DNA of 64,000 nt from NCBI GenBank assembly GCA_963745025.1, contig CAVUWD010000013.1:420557-484556 (forward strand), given 5' to 3'. The notes under the pieces were generated by a model. That model worked only from the letters and a program-made list of their open reading frames with translations, was not told where the DNA came from and did no database searches. The first letter of the stretch is position 1; each line of letters starts with the position of its first letter. Below are positions 60,584-64,000 of the stretch, piece by piece. Both the position numbers and the translations under genes were made by a program. Origin of the DNA: an uncultured delta proteobacterium (lineage in GTDB: Bacteria > Desulfobacterota > Binatia > JACPRU01).

Positions 60584-60782
60584 ATAGCTCGCTCGCGTTG
60601 CTCGCTTTATAGCTGATGGCAAGAGAGTCTCCCTATAAAGCGACCGCAGGGTGCGAGCCATCTGCCATACGCCATAACGCGAGTGTAACGAGCAAGCTAT
60701 AGAGCGACCGCAGGGAGTGAGCTATGCGCGATAAAGCGAGTGCAACGAGCGGGCTCTAGAGCGCGCTCTGCGCGCGAGCTAC
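60584..60782. repeat. Array of six 28-bp imperfect repeats (first inverted)
   Basis: Consensus nATAAAGCGA-N7-GAGCGAGCTAT at 60584(-), 60634, 60673, 60698, 60730, 60755. Confidence 0.7.
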
Positions 60783-60824
60783 AAAAGCAAAACTAGTGAG
60801 CGAGCCACAGCACCAGGAGCACCT

Positions 60825-62024
60825 ATGTCCTTCCCACCTTTTACTTCAAGCGACCTCACGAAACGTGACCTGTTCGCCGAGCCGTATCCGCTCTACCAAG
60901 CGCTGCGTGCGCAATCGCCCGTACGTTATATCGGCGTTCCGGCTAATGAATTCTCGGGAATAAAGGAACCGATCTGGTCTTGGGGATTGCTGAAGTACGA
61001 TGACGTCTATGCTGCGCTGCGTGATCACGAGATGTTCTCATCAGACAATCCTCAAGCTGGACAGTTTGGACCAAAGCTTGTGTTGATCCAAGACGATCCC
61101 CCACGTCATACCCGATTTCGTCGATTGGTGAATAAGGCGTTCACCCTCAGACGCATCGAAGCACTTGAACCGTGGATGACGGAAATCGCCAACGCTTTGC
61201 TCGATGATAGTGGGGGAGGGGAAGTTGATTTTGTCGAGTCGTACACTATACCTTTACCAGTAAAGATCATTGCTCGTCTGCTCGGCATCCCGGGTGAGGA
61301 TTACCTCACTTTCAAACGATGGTCCGATGCTTTTCTTTCCACGGTGTCCGTGCAAATGGGGGAACGTGTGCAAAATTTGCAAGCCATGGTTGCATACTTC
61401 GGACAAATGGCTGCGGCTCGGCGCGCGCACGGTGCGGAAGATCTCATCACCGCATTGGTGGAAGCCCATGTTGAAGGAGAAGCGCTGCAGGATTGGGAGA
61501 TCCTCGGTTTCTGTATCCTCTTACTTATTGCCGGGAACGAAACGACCACCAACCTACTGGGAAATCTATTCAATACGCTGGCCGAGCGACCGGATTTGTG
61601 GCGGCAAATGCGCGACAATCGCAGCCTCGTGGAAACGGTGATTGAAGAAACTCTACGCTACGAGAGTCCCGTACAACGATTATTCCGTTGGGCCACGCGT
61701 GATACCGAGGTTTTGGGAGTCAAGATCGCAAAAGGAGATCGACTAACCATGTTTTATGGTGCTGCGAACCGAGACCCTGAAGCTTTTTCGCAACCAGATG
61801 AGTTCCGGCTCGATCGTGACTTACGTAACCACGTCGCCTTTGGCGCTGGAATTCACTATTGCCTGGGTGCGCCGCTAGCGAGAGCCGAAGCGAGGATTAC
61901 CTTAAACGCGGTTCTGGATCGTTTTCCTGTTCTTCGGCCTGGACAGGCAGGAGCAGTCCGACAAACTGAAAGCCCTGTTGTGTTTGGCTTCAAACAGCTA
62001 CCGCTCGTGTTCGCGCATTCGTAG
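60825..62024 (+). CDS. Cytochrome P450
   Basis: DPPRHTRFR, AGNETT, EETLR, FGAGIHYCLG; visibly AT-richer than flanks. Confidence 0.96.
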   Translation: MSFPPFTSSDLTKRDLFAEPYPLYQALRAQSPVRYIGVPANEFSGIKEPIWSWGLLKYDDVYAALRDHEMFSSDNPQAGQFGPKLVLIQDDPPRHTRFRRLVNKAFTLRRIEALEPWMTEIANALLDDSGGGEVDFVESYTIPLPVKIIARLLGIPGEDYLTFKRWSDAFLSTVSVQMGERVQNLQAMVAYFGQMAAARRAHGAEDLITALVEAHVEGEALQDWEILGFCILLLIAGNETTTNLLGNLFNTLAERPDLWRQMRDNRSLVETVIEETLRYESPVQRLFRWATRDTEVLGVKIAKGDRLTMFYGAANRDPEAFSQPDEFRLDRDLRNHVAFGAGIHYCLGAPLARAEARITLNAVLDRFPVLRPGQAGAVRQTESPVVFGFKQLPLVFAHS

Positions 62025-62308
62025 CTGGAAGTATCTGCCTCTCTCCGTAGTGCGGCGATGTGGGAAACGGCGAGCGCCTTTCATGTGGCGGGGTGTTCGA
62101 CTTCGATGCTGTCTCCGTGGATGATCGCATCCTTGCGTCCATCTCCACCTCCGGCGGCAAGACTTCGAGCGGCAAACTCGGCGTGGGCAAGCTCCACAAG
62201 CTTCGATCGGATATGCTTTTCCTGATCATGGCCTCCCCCTCTCTGCCAATGACGGTGAGACAGTCGGGGTGGCATAATTTACTGTAGAGGGCGGGGGGTC
62301 GAATATGG

Positions 62309-62794
62309 ATGAAGGTGGTTGAGAAGAAGGCGAGGGATGAGATGATCGAGGAGGCCGGGGAAACGGAAGGAGCCCGTAGGGCGACTGGAGTGTTCCCGGC
62401 CGGCGCGCCGCCGGCGGGGGCCACCCCCGACGCGGAGGTGGTGGCCAAGGCGGAGCGGCGGCGGTTCACGGCGGAGTACAAGCGGCGGATCGTGCGCGAG
62501 GCGGATCGCTGCACGAAGTCCGGTGAGATCGGGGCACTGCTTCGGCGCGAGGGGCTGTACTCCTCGCATCTGGTGACCTGGCGCGCCGCCCGTGACCGGG
62601 GCGAGCTCGAGGGGCTGTCGGCGAAGAAGCGTGGACCGAAGGTGGCACCGCCCGATCCGCAGCAGAAGAAAATCGCCGAGCAGGAGCGCGAGATCGCGCG
62701 ATTGACCAAGCGCGCTGAGCGAGCGGAGGGGCTGGTGGAGCTCCAAAAAAAACTCGCAACTCTTCTGGGGACCCCACTCGAGAGCGAGAAGTGA
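62309..62794 (+). CDS. IS3 transposase OrfA
   Basis: RRRFTAEYKRRIV..LLRREGLYSSHL..W; A8 run at 62745-62752. Confidence 0.88.
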   Translation: MKVVEKKARDEMIEEAGETEGARRATGVFPAGAPPAGATPDAEVVAKAERRRFTAEYKRRIVREADRCTKSGEIGALLRREGLYSSHLVTWRAARDRGELEGLSAKKRGPKVAPPDPQQKKIAEQEREIARLTKRAERAEGLVELQKKLATLLGTPLESEK

Positions 62795-63967
62795 CCATCG
62801 AGACGGTGCGCGAGGCAGGAGCGACGCTCGGGATTGCGCCGGCGTGCGCGGCGCTCGGCCTGCCGACGGCGACCTACTACCGGCGGATCGGGCCGAAGCC
62901 ACCGCTCGAACTTCGTCCGAGTCCGCCTCGTAAGCTCGCCGCCCCCGAGCGCGCGGCCGTGCTCGAGGTCCTGCACGAGACGCGCTTCGTCGATCTGGCT
63001 CCGCCCCAGGTCTTCGCCCAGCTTCTGGACGAGGAGCGCTTTCTCTGCTCGGAGCGGACGATGTACCGGATCCTGGAGGAGAATCACGAGGTGCGGGAGC
63101 GCCGCGATCAGCTGCGCCACCCGCAGTACCCGGCTCCCGAGCTCCTGGCCACCGCACCGAACCAGGTCTGGAGCTGGGACATCACGAAACTGCTTGGGCC
63201 GGCGAAGTGGACCTACTTCTACCTCTACGTGATCCTGGACATCTTCAGCCGCTATGTCGTGGGCTGGATGGTTGCCCACCAGGAGAGCGCGGCGCTGGCG
63301 AAGAAACTGATCGAGCAGAGCTGCACCCGGCAGGGAATCGTTGCGGGCCAGCTCACGCTGCATGCCGACCGCGGGTCCTCGATGAAGTCGAAGCCCGTGG
63401 CACTGCTGCTCTCGGACCTCGGGGTGACCAAGACCCACTCGCGGCCCTACGTCTCGAACGACAACCCCTTCTCCGAGGCGCAGTTCAAAACCATGAAGTA
63501 CCGTCCCGAGTTTCCCGAGCGCTTCGGATCGATCCAGGACTGCGCAGCTTCGGCCCCGACGTTTTTCCCTTGGTACAACACGAGCATCGTCACTCGGGCT
63601 CGGGATGCTCACGCCCGACGAGGTCCACTACGGGCTTGCTGAGAAGCGGGTCGAGGCGCGGGCCCGAGTGCTCGCGGCTGCCTACGCCGCCCATCCCGAG
63701 CGCTTCGTCGCAGGGCTTCCGCAACCGCCGGCACTGCCGACCGAGGTCTGGATCAACAAGCCCACGGCGCCGCTCGCCGAGCCCAAGTACGTTTCGGATC
63801 CCGAGGTCGTGACGACCTTCGCGCTCAGAGCCCCGAACAGCCCCGCAGCGGACTCGACCCAGACCCAGGTATCCCCCCGAATCGGCACCGGTGAGCCATT
63901 CGCATCGATCGACAGCGGACTCCACAGAGCGGCCGTGGTGCCGCTCAACACGGAGGATCTACACTAA
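62791..63967 (+). CDS. IS3 transposase OrfB (DDE), indels near 63540-63600
   Basis: WSWDIT, LDIFSRYVVGW, HADRGS, SNDNPFSEAQFKTMKY; -1 frame relative to OrfA. Confidence 0.9.
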
Positions 63968-64000
63968 ACTCGGAAACCGACTGTCTCATTGTCATTGACA

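Larger units (their letters stand above)
62244..64000 (+). mobile_element. IS3-family insertion sequence
   Basis: TIRs TGCCAATGACGGTGAGACAGTCGG (62244) and CCGACTGTCTCATTGTCATTGACA (63977-64000); TG...CA ends. Confidence 0.93.

Noticed and set aside
60584-60782. CRISPR array
   Set aside because: Units abut or overlap, vary internally, include an inverted copy, and no cas genes are present
62745-62752. A8 slippery site as a novelty
   Set aside because: Standard IS3 -1 frameshift signal
61990-63612. 540-aa minus-strand ORF and similar long shadow ORFs (e.g. 26673-28118, 32548-33939)
   Set aside because: Antisense or alternate-frame artefacts of GC-rich coding genes

Overview
A GC-rich bacterial window; a deltaproteobacterial/Binatota-like origin is my guess from gene content only. 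A short core segment (vapC fragment, hrpB, membrane proteins, tRNA-Ala(GGC)) is followed by about 60 kb of accessory DNA. (1) A 5.4-kb island sits between the tRNA and a duplicated tRNA 3' half. It carries TA pairs and a SWIM-SNF2 helicase, and identically spaced arm-like repeats follow both att copies. (2) A ~27-kb mosaic catabolic/thiol cluster holds three GST-kappa/HCCA-isomerase genes, a GST, SDRs, two Mo/W-bisPGD oxidoreductases, MaoC, PaaI, crotonase, cysE, cysK and an Atm1-type ABC exporter. Five copies of one sigma70 promoter plus palindromic operator (ATGACGATCGTCAT) tie the cluster together, probably under the resident TetR. (3) The rest is a patchwork: an IS110/IS1111 element with an empty paralogous target nearby, serA, a class III cyclase, ECF/anti-sigma/DoxX, carbonic anhydrase, RNase T2, P450 and an IS3. 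The main discovery candidate is the first gene of the regulon (11017-12532), a linalool dehydratase/isomerase (LinD)-like gene. Both predicted catalytic Cys positions are in-frame TGA codons (11675, 11702), and a hairpin with the same loop and spacing as the E. coli fdhF SECIS follows. This suggests a possibly undescribed double-selenocysteine hydro-lyase/isomerase. Many single-base frameshifts suggest uncorrected long-read errors, so pseudogene calls are provisional. Family assignments come from motif recognition, not database searches.
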